From: Candidatus Shapirobacteria bacterium
Lineage (GTDB): Bacteria > Patescibacteriota > Microgenomatia > UBA12405
Reading direction: 5' to 3'
Length of the DNA stretch: 64,000 nt
Assembly (NCBI GenBank): GCA_028704635.1
Contig: JAQWFB010000001.1
Location: 133,541-197,540 of the forward strand
Positions within the stretch are counted from its first letter, which is position 1. Every line of letters begins with the position of its first letter. A model generated the notes under the pieces. The model worked only from the letters and a program-made list of their open reading frames with translations, ran no database searches and was not told the origin of the DNA. Below are positions 50,485-59,739 of this stretch, piece after piece. A program made the position numbers and the translations under genes.

Positions 50485-51735
50485 ATGAATCAATCAAAAA
50501 TTAAACCACAAACATTAAAAGGATTTCGTGATTTCCTTCCCAAGGAAATGGCAATCCGTAATTATGTCAAAAATACTTTAATTGAAATTTTTGAAAATTA
50601 TGGTTTTTTACCTCTCGAAACTCCAGCCCTAGAATATGCCTCTGTCTTAAAAGGTAAATACAGTAATGAGACTGATGATAAATTAGGCTATTTTTTTAAA
50701 GACAATGGGGATCGTGATATTGGTCTTCGTTACGATTTAACTGTTCCCACTGCCAAAGTTTTAGCCATCTACAACAATGAAATTCAGCTCCCATTTAAAC
50801 GATATCAAATCCAACCAGTCTGGCGCGCCGAAAATACTCAACGAGGTCGTTACCGAGAATTTGTTCAGTGTGATATAGATATTTTTGGGACCACCTCTGC
50901 CATCGCCGATGCTGAAATTATTTCCATTATCTATATCGGCACCCAAAAATTAAATTTCAAAAACGCCATTATTAAAATCAACAGCCGACCAATTCTTTTC
51001 GACATTTTAACTAAAAGTAACGTCAAAAACAACCAAAGTTCAGTACTTCAATCTATCGATAAGTTAGACAAAATTGGTCAAGATGGAGTAAAAAAAGAAC
51101 TCATTACTAAAGGCCTATCTAATACTCAGATTGATGACATTTTCAAATACATCAAACTGGCTCAGCCAGACGACAATTTAAAACAAATTTTTAACAATTT
51201 AAAAGCCTTAAACATCCCCGACAATGCTTATATTTTTGACCCCACTCTTGTCCGCGGTTGTGATTATTACACTGGTACTATTTTTGAAATCTGTGTCACT
51301 GAGCCAAAAATGGGTGCCATTGGTGGCGGTGGTCGTTATGATAATTTAATTTCCACACTTGGTGGACCTCAAATTCCCGCCGTCGGTTTTGCTTTTGGTT
51401 TTGAAAGAGTAGTTGACGTTATTCAAGAACTAAATCTCCTCCCCCAAATTAACGAATCAAAAATTAAAATTTTAGTCGCTAATTTTGGACCAGAAACTGA
51501 AACTAATATTTTAAATTTAATTTCTAAACTTCGCAACCAAAATATTCCTTCTATTATTTATCCCGAAGCTGAAAAACTCGGTAAACAAATAAAATATGCC
51601 GATAATATGGGTATTACTTATGTCGCCATCATTGGCACCGACGAAGCTAAAAACAATCAAATCATGCTCAAAAATTTAAAAACCACCGAGCAAAAATTGG
51701 TCAATTTTGATGAATTAATCAAAATGCTGAAATAA
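50485..51735 (+). CDS. hisS: Histidyl-tRNA synthetase.
   Basis: Class II motifs. LRYDLTVPTAK (HisRS signature), GGGGRYDNL, C-terminal anticodon-binding domain. Confidence 0.9.
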   Translation: MNQSKIKPQTLKGFRDFLPKEMAIRNYVKNTLIEIFENYGFLPLETPALEYASVLKGKYSNETDDKLGYFFKDNGDRDIGLRYDLTVPTAKVLAIYNNEIQLPFKRYQIQPVWRAENTQRGRYREFVQCDIDIFGTTSAIADAEIISIIYIGTQKLNFKNAIIKINSRPILFDILTKSNVKNNQSSVLQSIDKLDKIGQDGVKKELITKGLSNTQIDDIFKYIKLAQPDDNLKQIFNNLKALNIPDNAYIFDPTLVRGCDYYTGTIFEICVTEPKMGAIGGGGRYDNLISTLGGPQIPAVGFAFGFERVVDVIQELNLLPQINESKIKILVANFGPETETNILNLISKLRNQNIPSIIYPEAEKLGKQIKYADNMGITYVAIIGTDEAKNNQIMLKNLKTTEQKLVNFDELIKMLK

Positions 51736-51762
51736 GTTTGTGCCTCTGCTATAATAAGCCTT

Positions 51763-52020
51763 ATGAAACAAGGAATTCATCCTAAATATTTTGACGATTG
51801 CCAAGTCAACTGTGCTTGTGGCAACAAATTTACTACTGGTTCAACTTTAGAAAAAATTGACGTTGAAGTTTGTTCAAAATGTCATCCTTTCTTTACTGGT
51901 CAACAAAAATTCGTTGATATTAAAGGAAGAATTGATAAATTCAACGAAAAAGTTAGCCAAGGTAAAAAATATGCTGCTGCTAAAGCTGCTGTTAAAAAAG
52001 AAGTCAAAAAATCAAACTAG
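51763..52020 (+). CDS. rpmE: 50S ribosomal protein L31.
   Basis: [11 protein letters not shown]..CxCG...[13 protein letters not shown]. Confidence 0.85.
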   Translation: MKQGIHPKYFDDCQVNCACGNKFTTGSTLEKIDVEVCSKCHPFFTGQQKFVDIKGRIDKFNEKVSQGKKYAAAKAAVKKEVKKSN

Positions 52021-52070
52021 TTACCTCAAGGCCGTCAGAATTTCTTGTAAATCTGCCGGCTTTTTGTTTA

Positions 52071-52110
52071 CTTGATAAACTTTATAACTTTATAAACTTG
52101 ATAAACTAAC
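52071..52110 (+). promoter_or_regulatory. 39-bp leader/promoter motif copy 2 (upstream of the release-factor gene). A third partial copy, TTGATAAACTAA, lies at 52850-52861 upstream of the fdx-trx gene.
   Basis: CTTGATAAACTTTATAACTTTATAAACTTGATAAACTAAC. An imperfect hairpin with a T-run (52030-52070) precedes it. Confidence 0.5.
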
Positions 52111-52113
52111 TTT

Positions 52114-52836
52114 ATGCCTACAATTAATCCAAACATTGCCATTATGGAATTTCATTCAGGTCCCGGTGGCCAAGAAGCCACTCTTTGGGCTCAGGACTTA
52201 ATGAATATGTACATTCGTTATGCCAATAAAGTTGGTTGGAAAGTTAGTCAACTTGATGGTTTTATCATTCAAATTTCCGGTTTCGATGCCTATAATCAAT
52301 TAAAATATGAGGCCGGAACTCATCGAGTTCAAAGAATTCCAATTACTGAAAAACGTGGTCGTCTTCAAACATCAACCGCTTCGATTGCCATCATGCCTAA
52401 AATTGATTCAAAAGAAGTTAATTTTAGAATGGAAGACGTTACTATAACTGCTTGTCGGGCTGGTGGTAATGGTGGTCAAAACGTCAATAAAGTATCTACA
52501 GCAGTCCATTTAGTTCACAAACCTACCGGTTTAATGTTTGATGTCCGAACCGAACGTTATCAACAACAAAATCGAGAAATCGCTCTTGAGCTTCTTAAGA
52601 ATAAACTTTGGCAGATAGAAGAAGAAAAAAGACAAGCCGAAGTGTCCGCTGGCCGTTCTGGTATCAGTCAATCAACTAGAGCTGATAAAATCAGAACATA
52701 TAATTACCCCAGAAATCAAGTAAAAGACCATAGAATCGACAAATCTTTCAACAACTTAGATTCCATTATGCAAGGTAATTTAGACGACCTGTTACTCGAG
52801 CTCACCGTCCTCGACCAACCAGTTGAAGAAAAATAA
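52114..52836 (+). CDS. prfA: Class I peptide chain release factor, RF1-like, lacking N-terminal domain 1 (240 aa).
   Basis: GGQ motif ([18 protein letters not shown]). Codon-recognition tripeptide P-I-T in [23 protein letters not shown] (RF1 PxT type, not the RF2 SPF type). The gene starts directly after the leader motif. Confidence 0.6.
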   Translation: MPTINPNIAIMEFHSGPGGQEATLWAQDLMNMYIRYANKVGWKVSQLDGFIIQISGFDAYNQLKYEAGTHRVQRIPITEKRGRLQTSTASIAIMPKIDSKEVNFRMEDVTITACRAGGNGGQNVNKVSTAVHLVHKPTGLMFDVRTERYQQQNREIALELLKNKLWQIEEEKRQAEVSAGRSGISQSTRADKIRTYNYPRNQVKDHRIDKSFNNLDSIMQGNLDDLLLELTVLDQPVEEK

Positions 52837-52864
52837 ATATTTTTTTATTTTGATAAACTAAGTA

Positions 52865-53464
52865 ATGCCAGCCATAATTAATTTTAAAATCTGTGATAAT
52901 TCTGATGAATGTAGCGGTTTATCTATTTGCCCAACTCAAGCTCTAATTTGGAATAATAATAAAAAAACTTTAGAAATCGATGAATTAAAATGTATTAATT
53001 GTGGTTCATGTGCCAAAGCCTGTCCAGTTAGAGCTATAAAAGTCGCCACTGATAAAGATTTTGAATTTATTAAAAAAGAATACGAAAAAGATAAAAGAAA
53101 AACCTCAGATTTGTTTATCGAAAGATTTGGTTCTCAATCCACCGACAAAAGTTCTTTGATTTCTTATGCTTATTTTCAATCGATAACCAACAAAAAAGAA
53201 CCCATGGTTATTGAATTATTTAATAATGATTCAATCATGTGTTTAATCAAATCAATACCCATTCGAGAATTATTTAAAAAAGGAGTTTTATATAATAAGA
53301 TTGACACTGAATCCGACCAAACTTTAATTAATCAATATAAAGTAAAAGAGTTACCTTGTTTATTATTTTTCGAAAATGGCCAATTTAAGGACAAAATTGA
53401 AGGTTATTTTGACACCACTCAGAAAGAAAAACTGTTAGAAAAAGTTAAAAAAATCGGTTTTTAA
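52865..53464 (+). CDS. Ferredoxin (4Fe-4S) - thioredoxin-like fusion protein.
   Basis: CINCGSCAKACP plus an upstream Cys cluster. The C-terminal half is thioredoxin-fold-like (LPCLLFFENGQFKDKIEG). Confidence 0.45.
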   Translation: MPAIINFKICDNSDECSGLSICPTQALIWNNNKKTLEIDELKCINCGSCAKACPVRAIKVATDKDFEFIKKEYEKDKRKTSDLFIERFGSQSTDKSSLISYAYFQSITNKKEPMVIELFNNDSIMCLIKSIPIRELFKKGVLYNKIDTESDQTLINQYKVKELPCLLFFENGQFKDKIEGYFDTTQKEKLLEKVKKIGF

Positions 53465-54495
53465 CTTTCTTTTTTCTCCAACGTCACATTTATTATTTGC
53501 TCGGTTTTGTCTCGATAAATTTTTACCTTAATTACATCTCCAATTTTTTTATTATTAATTGTTTTTACTAAATCTCCATTATCACTATCGGTTAATTTTT
53601 CTCCATCAATTTCAGTAATAATATCCCCGATTTTAATCCCTGCTTTTTTCGCCGGACTGTTTTCAGAAATTCCTTGAACCCATGCTCCCGCCACTATTTT
53701 ATTTTTTGTCGCCAGTTCCTGATTTACCATTTTATAACCCACCCCTAAATATGGTCTATCAAACTCACCTGTCGTTCTAAAATATTCAACCGATTCTTTA
53801 GTCAAATTTATTGGCAAAGCAAAACCAATATTTTGACCACTCGCCGACACCGCCACATTCACTCCAATCACTTGTCCACCAGAATTAAACAATGGACCAC
53901 CAGAATTTCCCAGATTAATTGCCGCATCGGTTTGAATCACGTTGTCCAGTTTCTCTGTATTTTCAGCTGATCCAGCCACAATTCCCCTTCCTAATCCAGA
54001 AACTACCCCTGTCGTTACTGTCGACCTAAACTCTCCTAAAGCTGTCCCAATCGCAATTACTGACTGTCCTACTTTTAATTTATCTGAATCACCTAAATCA
54101 ACAGCGTTTAAACCAGTCTTTTTCACCCTAAGAATGGCTAAATCGTTTAATGGATCTCTATAAATATTCTCAACTTCCACCACTTCATCTTTTCCAATCA
54201 CCACTTTATATTTAAGCGTCGTATCCGCCACCACATGTTTATTTGTCACAATCAAACCATCATTACTAATAATAAAACCACTCCCCACATCCTGATTACC
54301 ACTACCACCTACCTTTACCATTGAAATTGTCACTACACTTGGAGTTGCTTTTTCGACCACCCTTGTCACCACCGATTCTTCATCCACAATTTCATTTTTA
54401 GTTATATTAACAATTTCCTTTCCAAATCCAAATTTAAAAACCAAAAACATCACCACCACTCCTATAATTAATCCCATTAATATCCCTTTTTTCAT
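53461..54495 (-). CDS. htrA: HtrA/DegP-family serine protease with PDZ domain.
   Basis: N-terminal TM. Catalytic triad region GNSGGPLFN. C-terminal PDZ. Confidence 0.85.
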   Translation of the reverse strand: MKKGILMGLIIGVVVMFLVFKFGFGKEIVNITKNEIVDEESVVTRVVEKATPSVVTISMVKVGGSGNQDVGSGFIISNDGLIVTNKHVVADTTLKYKVVIGKDEVVEVENIYRDPLNDLAILRVKKTGLNAVDLGDSDKLKVGQSVIAIGTALGEFRSTVTTGVVSGLGRGIVAGSAENTEKLDNVIQTDAAINLGNSGGPLFNSGGQVIGVNVAVSASGQNIGFALPINLTKESVEYFRTTGEFDRPYLGVGYKMVNQELATKNKIVAGAWVQGISENSPAKKAGIKIGDIITEIDGEKLTDSDNGDLVKTINNKKIGDVIKVKIYRDKTEQIINVTLEKKES

Positions 54496-54499
54496 AAAA

Positions 54500-55708
54500 C
54501 TATTTTAAGAGTGTTTCAATTGCCTTCTCTAGTTGTACATCTGTTTTAGCATCATCAGGAATATTTACTTCCACATCGGGCATTATTCCTTCTTTGTGAA
54601 TATTTTTTCCACTTGGCAATAACCACTTAGCAATTGTCACATGTAAACCACTGCCGTCAGAAAAATCTTCCGGTTGTTGAACCGTTCCTTTGCCAAAACT
54701 TTTTACTCCCACTAATTTTGCCCTATTAAAATCCTTAAGTGCTCCAGCTAAAATTTCCGATGCCGAAGCCGACCCTCCATTTATTAAAACTACTAACTTA
54801 TCATTCAACAAATTCCCTCTACCTGTCTCAACATTATATTTTTCCTCAGTACCATCATAAGATTTTTGTGTAACAATCGTTCCTTCTTTTATAAAATCAG
54901 AAGCCACTAAAACACTAGCCTGTAAATAACCTCCTGGGTTATTTCTCAAATCCAACACAATTCCACCAAAATTGTCCTTAGCCTTTTCCGCGTTAATCTC
55001 TTCCACTTTCTTTGGCCAATCAGTAAATAATGTTTCTGTAAATTGGCTTATTCGTACCAAAGCCACTTTCTTACCATTTTGTTCTTTCCATTCCAAAGTT
55101 ACATTTGGCACCACAATATTATCTCTTTTCAAAATCACATCAAAATAATCACTTTTACCTTCTCGATACATTTTTAAAGTCACTTCAGTCCCAATTTTTC
55201 CTCTAATCAAACTCACCGCTTCGTCTAAAGCGATATCTGTTGTATCTTTATCAACATTATTTACCTTATCGGTTATATGTAAAATTAAATCCCCCGCCTT
55301 TACCCCCGCTTTTTCTGCTGGAGTACCTGCTAATGGTGACATCACTGCCAATGTTTTATCTTTATACCCCAAAGAAATTCCCACCCCACCAAATTCCCCA
55401 GCTAAAGTCTCATTTGTACTTTTATTTTCATCCGGAGTTAAAAATACCGTATATGGATCATCCAATGCCGCTACCATTCCCTTAACTGCCCCATATTCCA
55501 TATTCGTATCAACTAATTTATCTTTTTCTAAAAATGTTTGACTTAATTTATCTTTCACCTTCCACATTAAAGTCAAATTCAACTTATCGCCATTACTGCT
55601 CGTTACCACTCCAGATGTTTCTCTTCCGATTTTAAAACTAACCAAAGAAACCACCGATAATAAGGCCAAAATTACAAAAAGATTTCTTACATTTCTAAAT
55701 TTCATCAT
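54500..55708 (-). CDS. ctpA: Carboxyl-terminal processing protease (S41, CtpA/Prc-like) with PDZ.
   Basis: PDZ followed by GGSASASEILAGAL (S41 catalytic Ser) and a Lys dyad region. Confidence 0.8.
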   Translation of the reverse strand: MMKFRNVRNLFVILALLSVVSLVSFKIGRETSGVVTSSNGDKLNLTLMWKVKDKLSQTFLEKDKLVDTNMEYGAVKGMVAALDDPYTVFLTPDENKSTNETLAGEFGGVGISLGYKDKTLAVMSPLAGTPAEKAGVKAGDLILHITDKVNNVDKDTTDIALDEAVSLIRGKIGTEVTLKMYREGKSDYFDVILKRDNIVVPNVTLEWKEQNGKKVALVRISQFTETLFTDWPKKVEEINAEKAKDNFGGIVLDLRNNPGGYLQASVLVASDFIKEGTIVTQKSYDGTEEKYNVETGRGNLLNDKLVVLINGGSASASEILAGALKDFNRAKLVGVKSFGKGTVQQPEDFSDGSGLHVTIAKWLLPSGKNIHKEGIMPDVEVNIPDDAKTDVQLEKAIETLLK

Positions 55709-56455
55709 CTATTCTAACACTAATAATAGCTTGTCCATCTTAGCATTTACTAATATCTTTTTTTTCTTTCCCAAATTTTCTTTCATAAATTCATCCCATA
55801 TCTGTTTTTCTAATCTCAAAACTGGAATTTCTAAATCAACTTCTTTAATTTCTTCATTATCTTTTGTCACCACCGCATTAGCTCCCACCACTAAAGCTTT
55901 TAATAAAAAGGCTTTATCTAAATTTTCGGTAAACAAAATTGCTTCACCCATTTCATAATCCAACATTTTTATTTCATTAATAATTTTAACTTCACCTTCC
56001 CCCCAAGCTTTTAATCCATTTAGTCCTTGACCTTCATACTCTTTCGCTTTAAATTCCAAAACCAACTTTCCATCTTCTATTTTCCCAACTTTAGCCTCAA
56101 TTGGCGAAAAAATTTCCCTTTCTTCATCCTCAACTTTTTCTATTTTCAAATTTTTAAATTCATCAAATCCTAAACAAACACCTGTTAATGGAAAACAAAT
56201 TTTGTTTTTAAAAAATCCTATTTCATAAAAAATCTCCCCTTCCTGAACCATTTTTTCTTTAAAAAAATTATCTAGTTCTTCTCTTTTTTTCTCACTCATT
56301 TTCGCCAAATCTCCACTATAACTAAAAGTCTCCACCACATGACTGTTAAAAACAGCCAGTTTCTGGCCCACATCAACTTTATCTCCAACTTCAACTAAAA
56401 GCTTTGCCTTAGCCGGCAATTTAATAACCCATGTTCCTTTATCTTTTATACTCAT
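55709..56455 (-). CDS. Hypothetical protein (248 aa), possibly with a lipoyl/hybrid-barrel domain.
   Basis: Intact ORF abutting ctpA. No motif recognised. Confidence 0.4.
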   Translation of the reverse strand: MSIKDKGTWVIKLPAKAKLLVEVGDKVDVGQKLAVFNSHVVETFSYSGDLAKMSEKKREELDNFFKEKMVQEGEIFYEIGFFKNKICFPLTGVCLGFDEFKNLKIEKVEDEEREIFSPIEAKVGKIEDGKLVLEFKAKEYEGQGLNGLKAWGEGEVKIINEIKMLDYEMGEAILFTENLDKAFLLKALVVGANAVVTKDNEEIKEVDLEIPVLRLEKQIWDEFMKENLGKKKKILVNAKMDKLLLVLE

Positions 56456-56480
56456 TGTTTAATTATAACCAAAAAATCTC

Positions 56481-57092
56481 TTAAATATTTATTGGATTAT
56501 CTTTTATATATTTTTTATATATTAAATACTCTTTTTCATTTCTAATAATTCGTTCGTAATAATTTCGTTGCCACAATCGTTTATCAAATCTCGGCCAATT
56601 ATTTTGTTTTATATTTTTAATATATTCATTGGTTATTAATGATTTCAATTCACCAACAATTGTTCCTAACGTAGGGGCGACTCTTGTGGTCGCCCTATTA
56701 TTTGTTGTGCCTGCCCTTGTTTTGATTTCATCACCCACAATCATTTTGATTTCCACCCCATTATTGATTTTGTTATTCATTTCATTATTAATTTTATTAC
56801 CCATCTCATTGTTAAATTGTTTTTTAATCACCACAATCATATGAATATGATCCGGCATAATAATAAATTCATCCAATTCAATCAATTCATTTTTATTAAA
56901 ATATTCCAAAATAATTTCATTAATTAATTTTCCAATATCATTTTTTATCATTTGGGCGGGCACAAGACCCGCCCCTACATCAATTTCGCCAAAAATATTT
57001 TTTCGATTTTGACAACACACTGTTACGAAATAAAATCCATCTTTTGAATAATCAAAATTATCCATTCTAATTGATCTTCTGTGATATTTCAC
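56481..57092 (-). CDS. IS200-like / REP-associated tyrosine (Y1, HUH) transposase family protein.
   Basis: FYFVTVC...R..IF N-terminal region, HUH motif IMPDHIHMIV, C-terminal WQRNYYERIIRN (catalytic Tyr region). Low-complexity Asn-rich insert. The gene carries two GC hairpins in-frame. Confidence 0.7.
   Translation of the reverse strand: MKYHRRSIRMDNFDYSKDGFYFVTVCCQNRKNIFGEIDVGAGLVPAQMIKNDIGKLINEIILEYFNKNELIELDEFIIMPDHIHMIVVIKKQFNNEMGNKINNEMNNKINNGVEIKMIVGDEIKTRAGTTNNRATTRVAPTLGTIVGELKSLITNEYIKNIKQNNWPRFDKRLWQRNYYERIIRNEKEYLIYKKYIKDNPINI
56672..56697. repeat. REP-like hairpin (GGGCGAC/GTCGCCC stem, loop TCTTGTG) inside the transposase-like gene.
   Basis: Shares the 20-mer GACTCTTGTGGTCGCCCTAT with the pilD copy (11722-11741). 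Encodes RATTRVAP. Confidence 0.75.
56942..56962. repeat. REP-like hairpin (GGGCGGG/CCCGCCC stem, loop CACAAGA) inside the transposase-like gene, inverted relative to 56672-56697.
   Basis: Perfect 7-bp stem. Same loop as the other family members on the opposite strand. Encodes GAGLVPAQ. Confidence 0.7.
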
Positions 57093-57142
57093 ACATTAAT
57101 ATTACCATGTGTACGGGAGGGTCTTATGCCCGGCCCTTATAT

Positions 57143-57170
57143 CATCAAAAAACCCCGCCAATGCGGGGTT
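57143..57170 (-). terminator. Intrinsic terminator of the rpsF-ssb-rpsR operon (hairpin flanked by T-runs on both sides).
   Basis: CCCCGC-caat-GCGGGG with an A-run and T-run on both sides. Confidence 0.7.
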
Positions 57171-57222
57171 TAATTTTTTTAAAAACCAAGTCCCTCTTGT
57201 CAAAGAGGGATTTAGGGAGATT

Positions 57223-57477
57223 TTATTGAGTTGTAAAAGGTAACAAAGCTAAATGTCTTGCTTGCTTAATTGCTTTCACCAATTTTCTTTGGTGCTTGGC
57301 ACAAGTTCCACTAAATTGAGATCCAACAATTCTCGATCTAGCTGACAAAAATTCTCTCATTTTTTCATAATCCTGCCAAACAGGAAGAGTATTAGTTTTA
57401 CAATAAGAACAGCCCTTTTCTCGACCTCTTCTTTTTGCTGCTAATAGATTATCTTTTTTACTTTTCTTTTTTATCAT
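57223..57477 (-). CDS. rpsR: 30S ribosomal protein S18.
   Basis: ..RGREKGCSYCK..LPVWQDYEKMREFLSARSRIVGSQFSGTCAKHQRKLVKAIKQARHLALLPF. Confidence 0.9.
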   Translation of the reverse strand: MIKKKSKKDNLLAAKRRGREKGCSYCKTNTLPVWQDYEKMREFLSARSRIVGSQFSGTCAKHQRKLVKAIKQARHLALLPFTTQ

Positions 57478-57486
57478 ATCTTCTCC

Positions 57487-58014
57487 TTAAAAAGGCATTT
57501 CATCAGCCTTCTTTTCTTCAGTAAGTGGAATTTCTCCTTCTTTTTTAGTTTCATCGACAATCGGAATTTCTCCTAAATCATCTGGAATAACAATATCTTC
57601 AATTGGAGCTTCTTGAGTTTCAATTGCTAAATCTGCATCACCCAAATCACCAGCGACATCACGATCACTATTACCACCTTTATTATCAAGGATGATCATA
57701 TCATCAATAATAATTTCAGCAATTTGTTTTTTGTTGTTTTCCTGATCCATAAAATCTCGATATTGGATTCTACCGTCAACATAAACTCTTCGACCTTTAG
57801 ATAAAAGTTGTGAACAAAGTTCAGCTAACTTATTCCAGGCTACAATTCGATGAAACTGAGCATCTTCTTTTCGCTCACCTTGTTTGGTTATCCAAACTCT
57901 ATTGGTGGCTAAACCAAAAGAAACCACAGCCATACCAGCTGGCGTATATCTTAACTCTGGGTCACGAGTTAAATTACCTATTAACATTACCCTATTGAGA
58001 CATCTACTTGGCAT
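57487..58014 (-). CDS. ssb: Single-stranded DNA-binding protein.
   Basis: OB fold NRVMLIGNLTRDPELRYTPAGMAVVSFGLATN, acidic C-terminal tail ending DEMPF. Confidence 0.9.
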   Translation of the reverse strand: MPSRCLNRVMLIGNLTRDPELRYTPAGMAVVSFGLATNRVWITKQGERKEDAQFHRIVAWNKLAELCSQLLSKGRRVYVDGRIQYRDFMDQENNKKQIAEIIIDDMIILDNKGGNSDRDVAGDLGDADLAIETQEAPIEDIVIPDDLGEIPIVDETKKEGEIPLTEEKKADEMPF

Positions 58015-58027
58015 AAGTTTTCTCCTA

Positions 58028-58318
58028 TTACTTTTTCAAAATTAAATAACGAATAATATTTATTTCTCTGTCTAATAAAAGATTAAATTCTTTTATTTTT
58101 AAAGTTTCTTCAGATTCCACATCTAAAACCCAAAAATCACCCTTATTATGATCTTGAATTTCATAAGCCAAATCCTTAAGACCCATATGATCTTTGTTCG
58201 AGATTTCTGCTTTTTTACTTTCTAACCAAGAATAAGCTTTATTCAAAACTTTTTCCTTGTCTTCGGTTTTTGGACTTAAAACCAAAATGATTTGGTATTG
58301 ATATTTATTTCCTTTCAT
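58028..58318 (-). CDS. rpsF: 30S ribosomal protein S6.
   Basis: YQIILVLSPKTED... S6-like. Located in the rpsF-ssb-rpsR order. Confidence 0.8.
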   Translation of the reverse strand: MKGNKYQYQIILVLSPKTEDKEKVLNKAYSWLESKKAEISNKDHMGLKDLAYEIQDHNKGDFWVLDVESEETLKIKEFNLLLDREINIIRYLILKK

Positions 58319-58356
58319 GAACTAACTAGATTAACATATTAAGCGTAATTTGACAA

Positions 58357-59739
58357 TTACGTTATTGGTCTTATTTTACAGGTATTTCCTAAATCTTCAA
58401 CTAGATAACCTTTATTTTTAATAATTTCCCTTAATCTATCAGACTCCGCCCAATTTTTGTTTTCCCTCGCCTTTTGCCTTTCTCCTGCTAAATTTAAAAT
58501 TTCTTCTGGAATCTTTTCTTCAATCATCCCTTTGTCCAAATCTAAACCTAAAACTTTATCAAAATCCAAAATAGTCCCCCATTTTTCCTCCGGACTTAAA
58601 TCAGACTTCGCCACTTTCCATACCAAAGCCAAAGCTTCCGACATCGCCAAATCATTAGAAATCAATTCGATAAATTCTTTTTTGTATTCTAAATTAACTG
58701 AGTAATTCCCCTCCTTGTCAAGGGAGAGGTTAGGGGTGGGTTTCAAATTTCTTAATTTATTAAGAGCCACTTGGCTCGATTTAAGAGAATCCAAAGAGAA
58801 CACTAAACCGTTTCGATAATGCGAAGTTAAAGTTAAATATCTAAATGCTAACTGATCGTATCCCATTTTTACTAAATCCTGAATCGTATAAACATTTCCT
58901 AATGATTTACTCATTTTCCCATCTTTTAAAGTTAACCAGGCATTATGCATCCAATAATGAGCTGTATTATGACCAAAAGCACCGAACCCTTGGGCAATTT
59001 CATTAGTGTGATGGACTCCAATATGTTCAATTCCGCCGGTATGAATGTCAAAAGTTTCTCCTAACTTAGCTGTCGACATGGCCGTACATTCCAAATGCCA
59101 TCCGGGAAATCCTTCACCCCAAGGACTGTTCCATTTCATAATATGATTTGGTTGATTTGTCACCCACAACAAAAAATCCCATGGGTTTTTTTTATCTTCA
59201 TCCACCTCCACCCTGGCCCCGGATTCCATTTCGTTTAATTTTAAATTAGCAAATTTTGCATAATCAGGAAATTTTGATGTATCAAACACCAAACCTGTTT
59301 TTGTTTTGTAAGTGAAGCCGTTTTTCTCTATTTGTTGGGCTAACTTTATTTGCTCATCAATATGATCAGTTGCTCTCCATATAACATCCGGTCTTTTTAT
59401 ATTTAATAAATCCAAACTATCCAAAAATTGAACCTCATATTTTTTAGCAATTTCCCATGGAGTTAACCCTTCTCTTTTTGCTCCTTTTTCCATCTTATCT
59501 TCTCCAGTATCTTCGTCTGATGTGTTATGCCCTACATCAGTGATATTCATCATCCAAACTACCTTATAATCCATATATTTCAATGCCCGTGTAAGAATAT
59601 CCCAATTCAAAAAGGCATACATGTTCCCAATATGTTGATTCCAATAAACTGTCGGCCCACAGGAATAAATCCCCACCTTATTTTCTTTAATCGATTTAAA
59701 TTCTTCTTTTTGTCTGGTTAATGTATTATAAATTTTCAT
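58357..59739 (-). CDS. cysS: Cysteinyl-tRNA synthetase.
   Basis: YSCGPTVYWNQHIGN (HIGH), KMSKSLGN, Zn-ligand Cys/His positions. Confidence 0.9.
   Translation of the reverse strand: MKIYNTLTRQKEEFKSIKENKVGIYSCGPTVYWNQHIGNMYAFLNWDILTRALKYMDYKVVWMMNITDVGHNTSDEDTGEDKMEKGAKREGLTPWEIAKKYEVQFLDSLDLLNIKRPDVIWRATDHIDEQIKLAQQIEKNGFTYKTKTGLVFDTSKFPDYAKFANLKLNEMESGARVEVDEDKKNPWDFLLWVTNQPNHIMKWNSPWGEGFPGWHLECTAMSTAKLGETFDIHTGGIEHIGVHHTNEIAQGFGAFGHNTAHYWMHNAWLTLKDGKMSKSLGNVYTIQDLVKMGYDQLAFRYLTLTSHYRNGLVFSLDSLKSSQVALNKLRNLKPTPNLSLDKEGNYSVNLEYKKEFIELISNDLAMSEALALVWKVAKSDLSPEEKWGTILDFDKVLGLDLDKGMIEEKIPEEILNLAGERQKARENKNWAESDRLREIIKNKGYLVEDLGNTCKIRPIT
58707..58740 (-). repeat. GC-rich insert-like patch inside cysS, sharing TGTCAAGGGAG with the ligA patch.
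   Basis: tccccTCCTTGTCAAGGGAGAGGttaggggtggg encodes KPTPNLSLDKEGN. Confidence 0.4.

Noticed and set aside
56629-56844. 71-aa plus-strand ORF antisense to the transposase-like gene (translation contains GATLVVAL from the hairpin).
   Set aside because: It is an antisense artefact of the hairpin-containing region, and the minus-strand ORF carries the HUH and catalytic-Tyr motifs.
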